The notes under the pieces were generated by a model, which saw nothing but the letters and a program-made list of their open reading frames with translations, was not told where the DNA came from and did no database searches. Of a stretch of 64,000 bases of DNA, positions 21,880 to 35,026 are shown one piece after another. The stretch comes from Hemiscyllium ocellatum (lineage: Eukaryota): contig NW_026867481.1 of the NCBI RefSeq assembly GCF_020745735.1, positions 62,001-126,000 of the forward strand. Direction: 5' to 3'. A program made the position numbers and the translations under genes. Position 1 is the first letter of the stretch. Each line of letters starts with the position of its first letter.

Positions 21880-24620
21880 AGACAAAATCAAGGGAGAACA
21901 ATAGGCAGATAGAGGACAAAAATCAGAAACAGAAGTATGGAGACAGTGAACGTCGTGGCGAGGGGGCAGATAAATGAATTGATATTAAGATAGAGAACAA
22001 AACACGGAGACAAGGAGAACAAAAGTGAAAAAAAAATAGAAGAGAAAGTTGACATAGAAACAGAGGGAAAATCGTGAATGGAGTAAAGACAGTATGTAGC
22101 ATTCAAAGAGACAAATTGGGAGAACACGTGGACAGAGGAAGACTGATTCCGACAGATAGACAGGAATAAGGAGAAACAGAAATATAGAGGAAGATAGAAT
22201 GGGAGAGAAACAGACAGAAAAGCACAACGATCGAAAGTGAAGAAGGGAATTGAAGGTGAAATTAAGGGAGTAGACAATAGGCATAACGTGCAGGAGTAGG
22301 CCATTCTGCCCTTCAAGCCTGCACCTCCATTCAATAAGATCATGGCTGATCATCCTTAATCGGTATCCTGTTCCTGCCTTATCGCCATAACCCTGTTTCC
22401 ACTATCCTTGAGAGCTGTATTCAACTCTTCCTTAAATGAATCCAGAGAATGGGCCTCCACTGCTTTCTGCGTCAGAGCATTCCACGCAGCCACCACTCTC
22501 TGGGTGAAGAAGTGTCTCCTCATCTCTGTCCTAAATGGTCTACCCCATATTGTTAAGCTGTGTCCTGTGGTTCGGCACTCACCCATCAGCAGAAACATGT
22601 TTTCTGCCTCCCGAGTGTCCAATCGTATATGACTCAATCATATCCCCTCTCAGTCTTTTAAACGCAAGGGGATACAAGCCCAGTCGCTCCAGTCCTTCAG
22701 TGTAACGTAATCCCACCATTCCAGGAATTGACCTCGTGAACCTACGCTGCACTCCCTCAATCGCCAGAATGTCTTTCCTCAAATTTGGAGACCAGAACTG
22801 CACGCAGAAGTCCAGGTGTGGTCTCTCCAATGCCTTGTGCAGCTGCAGCAGGACCTCCTTGCTTCTCTACTCAATCCCTCTTGTTATGAAGGCCAGCATG
22901 TTATTAGCTGCTGTACCTGCATGCTTACCTTCATTGACTGGCGTACAAGAACACCCAGATCTCTCTGTACTGCCCCTTTACCTAAACTGATTCCATTTAG
23001 GTAGTAATCTGCCTTCCTTTCTTGCCACCAAAGTGGACAACCATACATTTATCCACTGAATCTGCCATGTATCTGACCACTCATCTGACTTGCCCAGTTC
23101 ACCCTGTAATCTCCTAACATCCTCATCACATTTCACCTTGCCACCCAGCTTAGTATCATCAGCAAATTTGCTAATGGTATTACTTATATCATCTTCTATA
23201 TCATTAACCTTTGTTTTAAAAAGGTGCGGTCCCAGTACTGATCTCTGTGGTACCCCACTGGTCACTGCCTGCCATTCCAAAATGGAGCCCTTTATCACTT
23301 CTTTTTGTTTCCAATCAGACAACCAACTTTCAATCCAAGTTAGTACTTTGCCCCCAATACCATGCGCCTTAATTTTGCTCACTAAACTCTTATGTGGGGC
23401 TTTATCAAAAGCTTTCTGAAAGTCCAGGTACACTACATCTCCTGGATCTCCCTCGTCCATCTTCAGAGTTACATCCTCAAAAATTCCAGAAGATTAGTCA
23501 AGCATGATTTCCCCTTCATAAATCCATGCTGACTCTGACCTATCCTGTTACTATTATCCAGATATGTCGTAATTTCATCCTTTATAATAGACTCCAGCAT
23601 CTTTACCACTACTGAGATCAAACTAAATAGTCTACAACTTCCTGCTTTCTCTCTCCCACCTTTCTTAAAAAGTGGAATAACATTAGCCAACCTCCAAACT
23701 GCAGGAACTGATTCCGAATCTATCGAACTCTGGATAATAGTCACCAACGCGTCCATGATTTCACGAGCCATCTACTTCAGTATCCTGGGATGTAGACCAT
23801 CAGGCCCCGCGGACTTATCAACCTTCAGACCTAACAGTATCTCCAACACCAATTCCTGGCAAATATAAATTCCCCTCAGTTCAGGTCCTTCAGCCACTGT
23901 TACCTCAGGGAGATTACTTGTGTATTCCCCAATGAACAGAGATCTGAAGTACCAATTCAATTCTTCTGCCATTTCTTTGTTCGCCGTAATATATTCCCCT
24001 GTTTCCCGGGCCCAATTTTAGTCTTAACTATTTTTTTGCCTTTTACACGCCTAAAAAAAACTTCTACTATACTCCTTTATATTATTGGCCAGTTTACCTT
24101 CGTACCTCATTTTTGCTCTGCGTATTTCCTTCTTAGTAATCCTCTGTTGTTCTATAAAAACTCCCCAGTCCTAGGTTTTCCATCTTATCTTTGCTATGTT
24201 ATACTTTTTCTCTTTTAATGCTATATGTTTCTTAACTTCCCTCGTCAGCCACGGACACCAGATGTAAAACGGAAGTTTTACATCTGATTAAATGTGATTG
24301 TGCAACAGCAAAATGGATTGCCATTGATGAAAAAACATGACAGACATCGATGTGGAATTCAATAGGACAACGGGAACAAGAGAGAGAGAACCCAAAATGA
24401 GATAATGAGACTGAAATAAAGGACTGGAGCAGAATCAGAATAGCAGACAAAATGAAATTGACGCAGTTATCAGATAAACGCTAATAGGGAGAGTGTCGAT
24501 GCAAAGAAACAATCTGCAAATGGAGAGAAATGCAACGGAAATAACACGAAAATTAGGACAGAAAGGAGATTATATGGAGAAGGATCGACTGACACAACCA
24601 ACAGACTTGGTGGCGATGCA
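21880..24620 (+). repeat. Purine-rich (AGAC/AGAG/GAAA) low-complexity tract interrupted by the CR1 at 22283-24260
   Basis: Similar GA-rich composition at ~21880-22280 and ~24370-24620. Confidence 0.5.
22283..24260 (-). mobile_element. CR1 LINE ORF2 (RT) 3' portion, frameshifted
   Basis: WRLANVIPLFKKG, FMKGKSCLTNLLEF, DVVYLDFQKAFDK, QRSVLGP, KFADDTK, RPHLDFCVQFWSP, followed by a CR1-type 3' end. Confidence 0.92.
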
Positions 24621-24741
24621 AGAAGTTGATTGGATACTTTCCAGCGCAAACGCTGATTTGGCTACTCAACTAATTTGCTGTTTTAGGGCAATAATTTCAA
24701 CATCATTAAAAAAAAGTATGAACCTCATACATTTTGTCATT

Positions 24742-26210
24742 GAGAAAGTGAGGACTGCAGATGCTGGAGATCAGAGTCGAGAATGTGGTGCTGGAAAAGC
24801 ACAGCATGTCAGGCAGGATTGGGGGACGAGAATCGATGTTTCAGGCAAGACCCCCTCATCTGGAACGAGTCTTGTGAGCTTACGGTGTGGAAAGATTAAT
24901 CGGAGGGGCGTGCAGGTTGAGTGGTGTTAGACGAGAGAGCGAAACATAGATGGAGTGAGGGTCATGGATACATGCTGGAGAGGAAGGTGGAGCATACAGG
25001 TGGGAAGGAAGACGGACATGTAGTAAATTTCATTCGAGTCGTAGAGAGTTGAACTGGGATACTGTGAATGAAAGGGGAATTAGCAAACTGGGGAAATCCA
25101 TATTGATGCGGTGTGGTTGGACAGTCCCAAGGCAGAAGATGAGGCATTATTCCTACAGGCGTAGGGTGGTTAGCGTGTGATGATAGAGGAAGCCCAGGAT
25201 CTGCATGGCTTTGATTAAATGAGAGGGAGAGTTTAAGTGTTCTGGCATGAGGCGTTGCGGTTGGTTGGTGCGGGTGTTGCGGAGATGTTCTCTGACGCAC
25301 TCTGAAAGTAGGTGCCCTGTCTCCCCAATGTAGAGAAGACGACATCAGGAGCATAGAATCATTATGTGACGTCTAGAAGTGCAAGTAAAGTTCTGATGGA
25401 TGTGGAAGACTTGGACAGAGGTGATGGTGAGATGTGGGCGCATGAGTTGCAATCCCTCTGTGACAGGGGAAGATGTCAGGTGGAGTGTTGGGAAGGTGGT
25501 TTGGTGGGTCGCGTGGAATTGACAAGACAGTCATCGAGGAAATTGTCCTTCTGGAAAGCAGATCGGGAGGGGAGAGAAATCTATCGATGGTGGTGGGGTC
25601 CGATTATAAATAGCGGAAATCGTGGAGAATGATGCTATGCATATGGAGGTTGTTTGGGTGGCAATGAGGACCGGTGGGATTCCGTACTTTTTGCGGTTGA
25701 AAAGGTGGGTTTCAAGGTTGGAGTTGCAGGAAGTGGATGAGTCGCGGTGGAAAGCATCATCGAACAGTTGCTAGGAAGAAATTGTGGTCTTTGGAGAAGG
25801 AGGCCATCTGGTGTTTTCTGTGGTTGAACTTGTCCTCCTGGGAGCAGATGCGGTGCAAGTGGGAAAATTGGAAATAAGAGATAGCGTTTGTATAATCGGC
25901 AGGGTCGGAGGAGGTGTGCTCCAATTAGCTGTGAGTATCAGTGGGTGTCTAGAAGATGTCCTTGTTTTATTGGCCACCTTTGATGGAGATGGAGAGGTCC
26001 AGGAAAGGGGCAGAGGTTTCTGAGATGGTCCAGGTGAATATAACTTCGGGGTGGAATGTGTTGGTGAAGTTGATGAACTGCTCGAACTCCTCATGGGAGA
26101 GGAAGTGGCGCTGATGCAGTTATCAGTGAAATGGTGGAAAAGATGAGGACTGGTGCTGATGTAACTGCAGAAGATGCACTCCGTTTCAAAACCCTTCGCA
26201 GACGTCCCAT
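24742..26210 (-). mobile_element. Penelope-like element fragment (RT C-terminus + GIY-YIG remnant + terminal repeat)
   Basis: Minus frames give FINFTNTFHP...FTWTISET..PFLDLSIS and LLYIGETG...EHLR-like motifs. A terminal (C)AGATGA...GAAAC motif lies near 24835-24863. Confidence 0.75.
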
Positions 26211-26909
26211 TTGTGGAGAAAAAAGTGGTTATGAACAGGTTAGGTTTTGTGCAAGACAATATAATTGCTACTTGATTAGATGTTCCCTTGTATCTCTGTC
26301 CAGAACAAACCCATCAGAGGTTAGTCTGTTCGCAGTACATCATTCTATCTCTTGTCAAATGCCCATTTCAGGCGGAACCAGCTTCATTTCAAATCCGCCA
26401 ACATCTCTTTGTCAACATGTTGGAGATTAATTTCTATTTTACTTTTCACATTGTAGCTGTCTTCACGGATAAGTTAAAATAAACATTTTACTCTTCAAGT
26501 CACAAAGGTCTCATTTATTGTATTTAGCTAGAGCCCAAAAATGTCGACATAATGATCTGAAAATACGACAATAATTGGACCCTCCCTGAATTCCTCCTGG
26601 AAAGAAATTGGCATGCATATGCCGAAAGTTTTAGGCTCATTGACTGAGCCCAGCACCTTGAATCCAGGTTTTGATTTGATAGACTCCCAAAGTATTAAAT
26701 TATTAACTTTACAACATAGTCTGCTTCTGTGGGCACCGTAGAAGACATTAAAATTCAAGTATTCGTCGCAGTGTAGGTTGTCCTCATGTTGAACGCTTGA
26801 TTTCTAATTTATTTCTAAAATAAGTGTCACTGTTGTCACATTAATTGTTGGAGAGAAAGACACAGTAATATGACATTGTTTAACTTCATATCTGTGTGGG
26901 CTTTTACAG

Positions 26910-27252
26910 GGCGTTATCGAGGACATTCCGTTTCAAACATATGGGCTGAAACTTAGGTAAATGATGGAAATGATATTCAATTACAATGTAACGACAGAAG
27001 TACAAGCAGCAGCATGCCTTATCTGTTCTGCAATCGTCAATATTCAAATGGATCCATTCATTTTTTTCCACATCAGAGCAGATTCACCAGGAATGCAAAA
27101 TTTCAAGAGAAACTGTTTTCAGTGAATCTCAATGAATCCAGTCGAACAGTCCGGCTAAATGTTACTAAAGCACAGCTGACAAGCTCTGCCGTGTTTTACA
27201 ACACAGTGAGCCCTACAGAGACAAAGGATCCGAGTCAACCTGTGCAAAAAAA
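26910..27252 (+). pseudogene. TCR alpha-like V pseudogene with degenerate 23-RSS
   Basis: After the acceptor ttttacag it reads GRYRGHSVS...ET*VNDGNDIQLQCNDRSTSSSMPYLFCNRQYSNG...FSVNLNESSRTVRLNVTKAQLTSSAVFYNTVSP. Lesions are a TAG at 26954, Trp to Cys, and Cys to Asn. The RSS is TACAGAG (27214-27220), 23 bp, GCAAAAAAA (27244-27252). Confidence 0.82.
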
Positions 27253-27640
27253 ACTTTCAGACTATCATGCAAATTACCAGAGTGTGAGCGAGCTGAAGCA
27301 TTGACAGGAGGTTGATTAGCATTGATTCTGCATTGAGCTCATTATTCTTAATGATATCATGCACTCGTAATTCTAATAAATATATTGATCAGATACGTGT
27401 TAATATATGTTTATATTGTTCCAAATACAGAACATGCAAATATAATCATCAGCGTCATTAACAACAAATGAGGAGGGAACTGCTACTTATGTGAGGAAAC
27501 TCGGGAGGAAAACACGCAAACAGACTGGCGGTCTGGTATTGCTTAAACTGAAATGATATTAATTTGAATTATTATGAACGAGTTTTTTGCTTTGTTTTTG
27601 TTAACTGGGTATATCAGAATGGCAGAAAACATCTGAAAGC

Positions 27641-27920
27641 GACGGCATTGGAACTCAGTGATAAGTACTGCTGCTTCACAGCGCCAGAGATGCGGGTTCA
27701 TTTCCAGCCCTGGCTAACTGACTGAGTAGAGTTTACATATTCTCCCAGTTTCCATATGGATGTCCTGAATGTCTAAACATTTGCATTTTATGTGAATTGG
27801 CAATGAGAAATGCAGGGTTATGGGGCAGAGTAAAAGGGGCAGGGCGGAAGCTATTTGGAAGGACAGTATGGACTCCATGGGCCGAAAGGCCTGGCTCCAC
27901 GCTGGAGGGATTCTGTGACT
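27641..27920 (+). mobile_element. Older HE1-type SINE copy
   Basis: Head similar to 28551 (actgctgcttcacagcgcc...gggttcatttcc), and a similar tail (tggactccatgggccgaaaggcct). Confidence 0.7.
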
Positions 27921-28550
27921 CAGTGGCTATGAAATTTAATATTATGTGAGGAGTAGACAATCCGTGGACGTGGTGACACAGACAAACAAACATTGACAGG
28001 TGCACAGACGTGCAGCATCAGGTTCAAAACAATGTCTGATCACGTGAGAGAAAAAATCAATACAGAAATTTCGTTTATGTTTTCGAAAATTCCGCTTTCT
28101 TCAAAATTCTCAAAGCGCTGCCTGTGTTGTTGGAGACTTCTTTTATTTTTCAGGTTAGCTTATGTTATGTACAGTTTATTTTCTGATTTGGCTGAAACAC
28201 AATGCAACAAAATAAATGTTGAGCTTTACTGAATAAATTGTTGCACTGTGTTCACAGCGAGGTTGATGTAAAAAGTGACAGATGCAACGTTTCCAGTCCA
28301 TCTCATTTGGATTTTAAATCATTTCGTTTGTGTTTGTCCTTGAAATTTAGACGAATGGGCGGGTTTGGGTGTCGGTATCTTAAAGAAACAAATGAAACCC
28401 AGATGGGACTGGACAGCTCATATGCAGGAAAAATAACCTCTTTGTTGGTGAAATACAGAACAAGAGTTACCTTCGTAAGCCATCCAGGAATGGGAAAAGG
28501 AAGAATGTATTCAATCCGACTGAAGCAAACTTGTGGACTTCTCTGCCACA

Positions 28551-28855
28551 CGGCACGGTGGCACAGTGGTTAGCACTGCTGCCTCACAGCGCCTGTAGAC
28601 CCGGGTTCAGTTCCCGACTCAGGCGACTGACTGTGCACGTTCTCCCCGTGTCTCGTGGGTTTCCTCCGGGTGCTCCGGTTTCCTCAGTCACAAAGATGTG
28701 CGGGTCAGGTGAATTGGCCAAGCTAAATTGCCCGTAGTGTTAGGTAAGGGGTAAATGTAGGGGTATGGGTGGGTTGCGCTTCGCGGGTCGGTGTGGACTT
28801 GTTGGCCGAAGGGCCTGTTTCCACACTGTAAGTCTAATCTAATCAAAAAAAAAAA
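28551..28855 (+). mobile_element. HE1-type tRNA-derived SINE, near full length
   Basis: A box TGGCACAGTGG (28559-28569), B box GGTTCAGTTCC (28604-28614), V-SINE-like core gggtttcctccgggtgctccggtttcct, and a ctaat/poly-A tail. Confidence 0.88.
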
Positions 28856-29174
28856 TGCTGTTAGGTGGCCCTTCATTAGATATATTCAAGATGGCGCTGT
28901 GCATGGTTCTTTCAGCTAAGGAGATCAAGGGACATGGAGAGAAGCGTGCGTGGGTTATCGAAAGTGCGTGATCAGCCATGATCATTTTGATTGGTGTTGC
29001 AGACCTGAAAGTCAAAATAGCCTCCCCGACAACTATTTTCTATGTTATTCCACTGCAGTTTTAAAACAGCACAAATTGCTTGCAAGTTTATTCTTTTTAG
29101 ACTTTCTTTCACCCTGCTCCCAGACACTTGACCATTCGTCATTACAGAAGAGCTTTAGTATCTTTGGTTCTTGT

Positions 29175-29488
29175 CCCTGTGTCTCTTAGCCTGCAGTAAT
29201 ACACTGCGCTATCAGAGAGTCACAGCTCACCGCTGTTGAAAATCCCCTCACTTTTCGAAATACAGAGAAATGCAGGGAACTGGTTGTAAACATCTTCTGC
29301 TTTGAAATCCTCTCCACGTGATGGGATGTAAATCAAGAATACGGTAGATTCTCCACCGCCCTGACTTTACAGTTGTAATGAGTACAATCCAGGAGTGATC
29401 GAATATCTGAAGTGAATATTAACGGAAATTCCATCAACTTATGTCGCTGCAACCAGCTCCTGTGAGACCCGGTCTGTAAAACCAACAC
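29175..29488 (-). pseudogene. TCR alpha/delta-like V pseudogene with heptamer CACAGGG
   Basis: After the acceptor ttctgcag it reads VGFTDRVSQELVAAT*VDGISVNIHFRYSITPGLYSLQL*SQGGGESTVFLIYIPSRG...SEGIFNSGEL*LSDSAVYYCRLRD in one frame with 3 stops. The heptamer is at 29181-29175; no nonamer. Confidence 0.82.
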
Positions 29489-30354
29489 CTGCAGAAGTGA
29501 AGATGCCAACATCTTTGTTTTTAGTGTTACATTTTGCAATCAATGTAATGGAGTGCATTGCAAATGGAAGGCGTGGGCAACGAAATGTCGAGATGTCATT
29601 GCCATCTGTAAGTCAGGATTTTCACAGTGTGAGGAATGTACCTGTTCAGAGTTTTGCAGAAATGAAAAATGTGTAAATAGTAACAGCTGATGTTGGCTTT
29701 CACAGCTGATAGTGAGTTTGAAAAAAATGGAGGTGAAGCTAAATGTTTAAGCATATAGCTGATGGTGTGCTTGAACAGATGGAGCGGAACCTGAATTCGT
29801 TTCGTGCAGGGCTAACAGTGTGTTTAAAAGAGGAAGCCGAAGATGAAATATTTTCTCTGAAAACATAGATGAGAAATCATTTACGGTCACGATTCACCGC
29901 TGGCAATGTCAATTTGGACACCCAATGAACATATCAAAATTCGCTTTGAATAATGCCAGGAACTGAAGAACGACCACGCTCTGAGGTGCAGTAAATTGCT
30001 CAGATTACTGATCTTCCATCGTTTCATAGAGTCAATCTTCGATATCGGGCCTTGACTGGTAATATATAATGTTGCTCTGACGCTGGTATCAAAGATTATC
30101 CATCAAAAATGTTGCTCACTGATGAAGAGGAATACTGACATAAGAACAGATCTTTTATGAAATGATAAGTTCAATACCAGTGAAAGTGATCATTTAGGGA
30201 TGATTACGTCAATGCTGGGTTTTGATTATATGAACACGTCACGATTCAGGTATCACGTCTGATTCAGTGAGAAAAATTGGGAGCATGTACTCAGAGGTGT
30301 CAGGAGATTGTAGACTCCACTGCCACGTCATTCAAATGCTTTTTCAATTTTTTT

Positions 30355-30990
30355 TTCAGGGTATTTGAGTTGTTTGCACTGCAGCACAACAACACCATGA
30401 ACCCCTGTTCTATCCAGTCTCGGGCGTATGTCTGTGTGGAATGTGGATATTCTCCCTGTGCCTACGTCGGTTTCCTTTGTGTGCTCTAGTTGCCTCCCAC
30501 AGTCCAAAATGGGCAGATCAAGTGAATTGAAAATGCTAATTTGCCCGTACGGTTTAAAGATCCGGAAGCTATGTGGGCTGGCCATGGGAATTGCAGGATT
30601 GCAAAGCTACAGTCGGAGACTGTATGGGACTGGATGGGATGAACTTCAGAGTGTTTTTTCCGTTTAGATTAGATTTGCTGCAATATGGAAACAGGCCCTT
30701 CAGCCCAACAAGCCCACACCGACTCTCCGAAGAGAAACCCACGCAGACCCATTCTCCCACCTTGTATTTATCTCCGACTAATGCACCAAACACGACAGAC
30801 AATTTAGCATGACCAATTCACCTATCGTGCACATCTTTGCATTGTGGGAGGAAACCGAAGCTCCCAGAAGAAACCCACTCAGTTGAGGAAAGAATGTGCA
30901 AACTCCACACAGGCAGTCGCTTGAAAAGGCAATTAAACCTGCGTCCCTGGCTCTGTGAGGCAGAAGTAATAACCACTGAGCCATCGTGCT
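30355..30990. mobile_element. Two HE1-type SINEs in inverted, tail-to-tail arrangement (+ ~30355-30650; - ~30660-30990)
   Basis: The minus copy has head acgatggctcagtggttatt and a (ctaat) tail. The plus copy has core gtcggtttcctttgtgtgctctagttgcctcccacagtccaaa. Confidence 0.68.
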
Positions 30991-32554
30991 TCCAGAGTCC
31001 AGAGTGGACTTGATTATTCCAGTAGCCTGCTTCCAAACTGTAGGGATCCTATATCCTGCCACACTGTGTTCAAATGATCATGTTTGTGGGGCCCAGTGCA
31101 CAGAGATATCGCAGAGTTAACGATAGAGACCCAACAATATTCAAAATAACAACTTTCTTGTCTTGATCAAAATAAACTGATCAGAGAAATCTGATGAACC
31201 TTTCCCTTTACTGGAGTCAAATGTCTTTAGTAAATATGAGAAAGTAGTCTAGGAAATTATACTGCAAAAACACATGAGTTGTGGAGTTTCAATGGGGAAG
31301 AATTGTTCGAAGGGAAATGCACAACGGAAATGTTGAGGAGTTTTAAGAGCAATTGTTGTCAGTGTTGGATAACTTTGTCCTGCTGAGACAAGCAGTGCTT
31401 GATAAGGTGAAGGAAACTTGGATTTCAAGCGAAGAGACGGTTCTCGACGACAGGAAGAAGGAAGCTAACAAAGGGTTGAGGAAACAAGGATTGGCACAAC
31501 TTTCAAGGATGGCAGGGTAGCTGGACAGATTTTAAGAATTAGCTGAATAGAGCTTGGATGGGGCACAAAATAGCTTGACCAGGAAGAATTGCGAAACCCT
31601 AAAAGCGTTCTGCACTTACCTGAGGAATAAGAGAATGACCACAGAGAGGATAAGGCCGATCAGGGATAGTGGAGGAAAGTGGTGCCTAACATTAGATTTT
31701 ATTTGTTCATTTATATTCCACCATTGCAAGGTTACAATCCGCATTCCTAGAAAATACCTGGCCCTTTGAACAAATATTCCAGTCATCATACCATGTTATA
31801 GCCACTATGAAGGTGGACATGATAAAAATTATGTCAGGGAGGCTGACATGTCTTTTGGAAATTACGTAAAATTGATGTGTGAAAAAAAGAACCTGAGGTT
31901 CTTTATTTTGAGAGGACACTTTGTGGTGCCACATGTGTTTTCGTGTGAGGTGGATTTATTGGGATGGCTGGCGTAGCCACTGTTGAGGCACAAATTAATA
32001 TTGTAGCAAGGTAAACGGCAACAAAGTGAAGAACTGGTAAAACGTAAAAAGGTGAGAACCTTTAGCACAAGTCAACTGTAAAACTGAGGAATTGCTTATC
32101 AAGGATTGAAGTAAATATATGTCAAAAAGGTTGGTGCTTTGGTTGAATGATGATAGTGATCGGCTAAATCCTTGTAAAGTGACTGAGAGCCATCTTTTCT
32201 TCTCATGCTTTCACAAAATTTCCACCGACAGTAACGCGGGGGGATCAGAGAGCCCATGTAGGGAGAGTGAGGAATAAATAAACAAATGTCATCTGGACGA
32301 GACGAATGGAGAGTACCACAGTAAGGGGATGTGGGAGGGTGAACACAGATTGCAATTGCGCTTCTTTTCGTGTATACAAAATTGCAATCGTTGCGCATTC
32401 TCTTAAGGATCGACTGCAGTCAATTCTCAGAGCTGCCAATAGGCTTTCTATCCCTTTGGTACTGGCACTAACTTGCCATAAATTTCAGTACCAGCTGCTA
32501 ACGCGACCAGTATACTCTGAACTCATCTCGTGGAAAAGAAAGAGCATGAGAGAT

Positions 32555-35026
32555 TTATCCCACTCTGCGTTTAAAGAAATTGGTGAGGGTGGCGAAGGGG
32601 TACATCAACAAACTCATTAACTCCTTTCGAAACAAATTCTGAGATATTGCATAAATGAAGACGTTGTTGCAGGAACTGAATAACTGAAGTGTGTTGGTCG
32701 TCTCTTGGAAGATATACTGTGGGTCACTGAAATCTAATCCACTGAAGTAGCTCAGTGTTTTAAACCGCACATAGATGAAATGTCCGACAAGAGGGGCCCA
32801 CAGGAGGAGGAAGCTGAGAGAGATGGCGAACAGTAGGATGATGGATCTCTTGCGGTGGGCCATCTCCGGGTCTTGTTGTTTCTCTGCACAACGGAGCCTC
32901 CTCCGGGCTCTGTTGGCCACCATGATCTGTCTTACGGTCAGGACGTTCAGCATCAGAATAACGAAAAATGGGATGAAAGGGGTATAAATCTGAAAGAGCC
33001 AATCATATGCCTGCCAAACTGGCCAGACGTAGTAGTTGGATTTGATGTTGCAAAACCACGATACCCCATCTAAGATGTATAAGGGTTCGTAGATAAAGTA
33101 GTATGGAATGTTCTTGACGCAGCACAGAGCACAGACAATTCCAATGACCAGAGACGCAGTTTTCTCCGTACAGCATCTGGTCTTCAACTTCTGGCAGCAG
33201 ATGGCCACGAAACGGTCGATGGTAAAGGCGACTGTTAGCCAGACCGAACAATCCCGCGTAGCATAGACCAGTACGACGCTGAGAGTGCACACAGGAGTGG
33301 TCGACAAGACACTTTCCCGGAAATAGATGCGGCTGATTCGATTGAGGATGACTGCGGTGATGATGACAAAGAAATCAGTCACTGCGATAGCCACCAGGTA
33401 GAAGGTGATGCATCGGGAGAGATTGCACCGTCCTCGAGATAGAATTATGATTACCAACAAATTGGCTGTGAGAAATCAAAAGAGAAAGTTATTACTGAAC
33501 TTAATCAAAACACTGTCTGCTGCCTTTTTCAATCTTTTATGTAACAGCTTTAAAACACCGGGTTTCCACTTTCAGTCTCTGCCTATCCAAAAACCATTGA
33601 CAAGCATTGGACGTTCACTACAGCATTATATATCTCTCAATGTGAATAGTCCCAGGAATGGATATTGTTCACTCGTTACTGAGTAAACTCCAGTAGCTAC
33701 TGTCCAATTCAGGATAAATGGAATAATGTGGACCCGATGAACGTATTCATACCAAACCCCGGACACGCTTCAACACATAAATGTTTCCTCACGTTGGATT
33801 TTCACTGGTGGTGTCCCACCCATTACAATTCTCATCATTTGAATCTTCAGAAGCTCCATAGTCTTACTTCGTACATTCCCGCAATCACACACAACTCTTT
33901 GTAACCACAAATTAACTTTGTTTGTGTCTCCTGTCTATGCCTCCAAATGGTATTTCTAACTGTGTCAGTTATAGGTTTCAAAAATAAAGCTCTAAACTCT
34001 GGAATTATTACCGCAGATCTTCGCTTCTACTCCCTTCTTTCAGACGTTGCTTTGATCGACCCTTTTTTCCATTATCTCATATCTCACGAAATTGCATTAA
34101 TTTACTCAAGCTGTTCTAGTGTTTGCAATGGGCCGTGTTGTGGCTCGAGATGATGTGTACTTTCTAATAATTGTGAAGAACGTTGTTTTGGCTAATTATT
34201 CCAAAAACGTATCGAGAGCATACGAATCCTTACAACAGAGAAGCAAATTAATGACTGTCTAAAAATCTTGCATCTCCACTGACGCCTTTTACACTAAACT
34301 TCAGTTAATTCCGACGATCAAATTAACAATGACTCCATTCACTATGAAAAATAAATCATAGACAGAGATTGCAATTAGCCCATGCAGAAAGGCATTGTAC
34401 CACATTATGGTCAAAAATTAAAGACTGGACTACAACGCTGAAAAGCTTTTACTGTTTGAAATTGAACTTAAAATTCATCAGTATTACAGATTAATGTTCA
34501 TGCATTCAGGAGGACACATCACAGAAGCGCTTCACAGGAGGCTCCCAATCACAGAGGATGTCACCTAGACAGGGGACGAAACGTCTGCAACACAAATTCC
34601 CAGCACGGCGAACAGAACCACAACAATGAGCAACCGAGCTACAAGTCTTCTCCCAAAGTTCATGCATATTCCTTCATCCCATTTCGTAGTTCAGCAGACA
34701 ATAAGCCATTTTTCTATGAATACACATCATGGAAAGTTCGGGAACGTATTTTTCATTCATACTTAAGAAACTGTCAGTACTGAACGATGATATGACACAG
34801 CACAGATAGTATCCTGCCATACGCACTGAACATCATTTGATATCTATTAATGTTGCATGTTGGAAAAGTTCAGCTATATCCTGAATGGGAAAGGAATGCA
34901 TTTCATGAAACACAGAATAAAAAAATATATACTTTTCATGTGAATCAGTGACTTACCAGGGGCGAAAATAGCAGCGAGAATTGAATAGGAAATGAGGAAG
35001 AAGGGGGAAATGACTGGTGCATGCAT
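32555..35026 (-). CDS. GPR139/GPR142-like GPCR, copy A2; exons 34957-35026 and 32555-33465; 326 aa
   Basis: Paralogue of A1 at an offset of 32326 bp, with an intact ORF and the same GTAAGT/cag splice sites. It has 24 aa differences in exon 2 and 2 in exon 1 (MHAPVISPFFLISYSILAAIFAP). Confidence 0.92.

Noticed and set aside
21206-21904. Long ORFs spanning the N run
   Set aside because: Artefacts of translating through the assembly gap.
27267-27441. Two ATGCAAAT octamers (27267, 27434)
   Set aside because: They lie downstream of the V rather than in a promoter position, and are expected by chance in AT-rich DNA.
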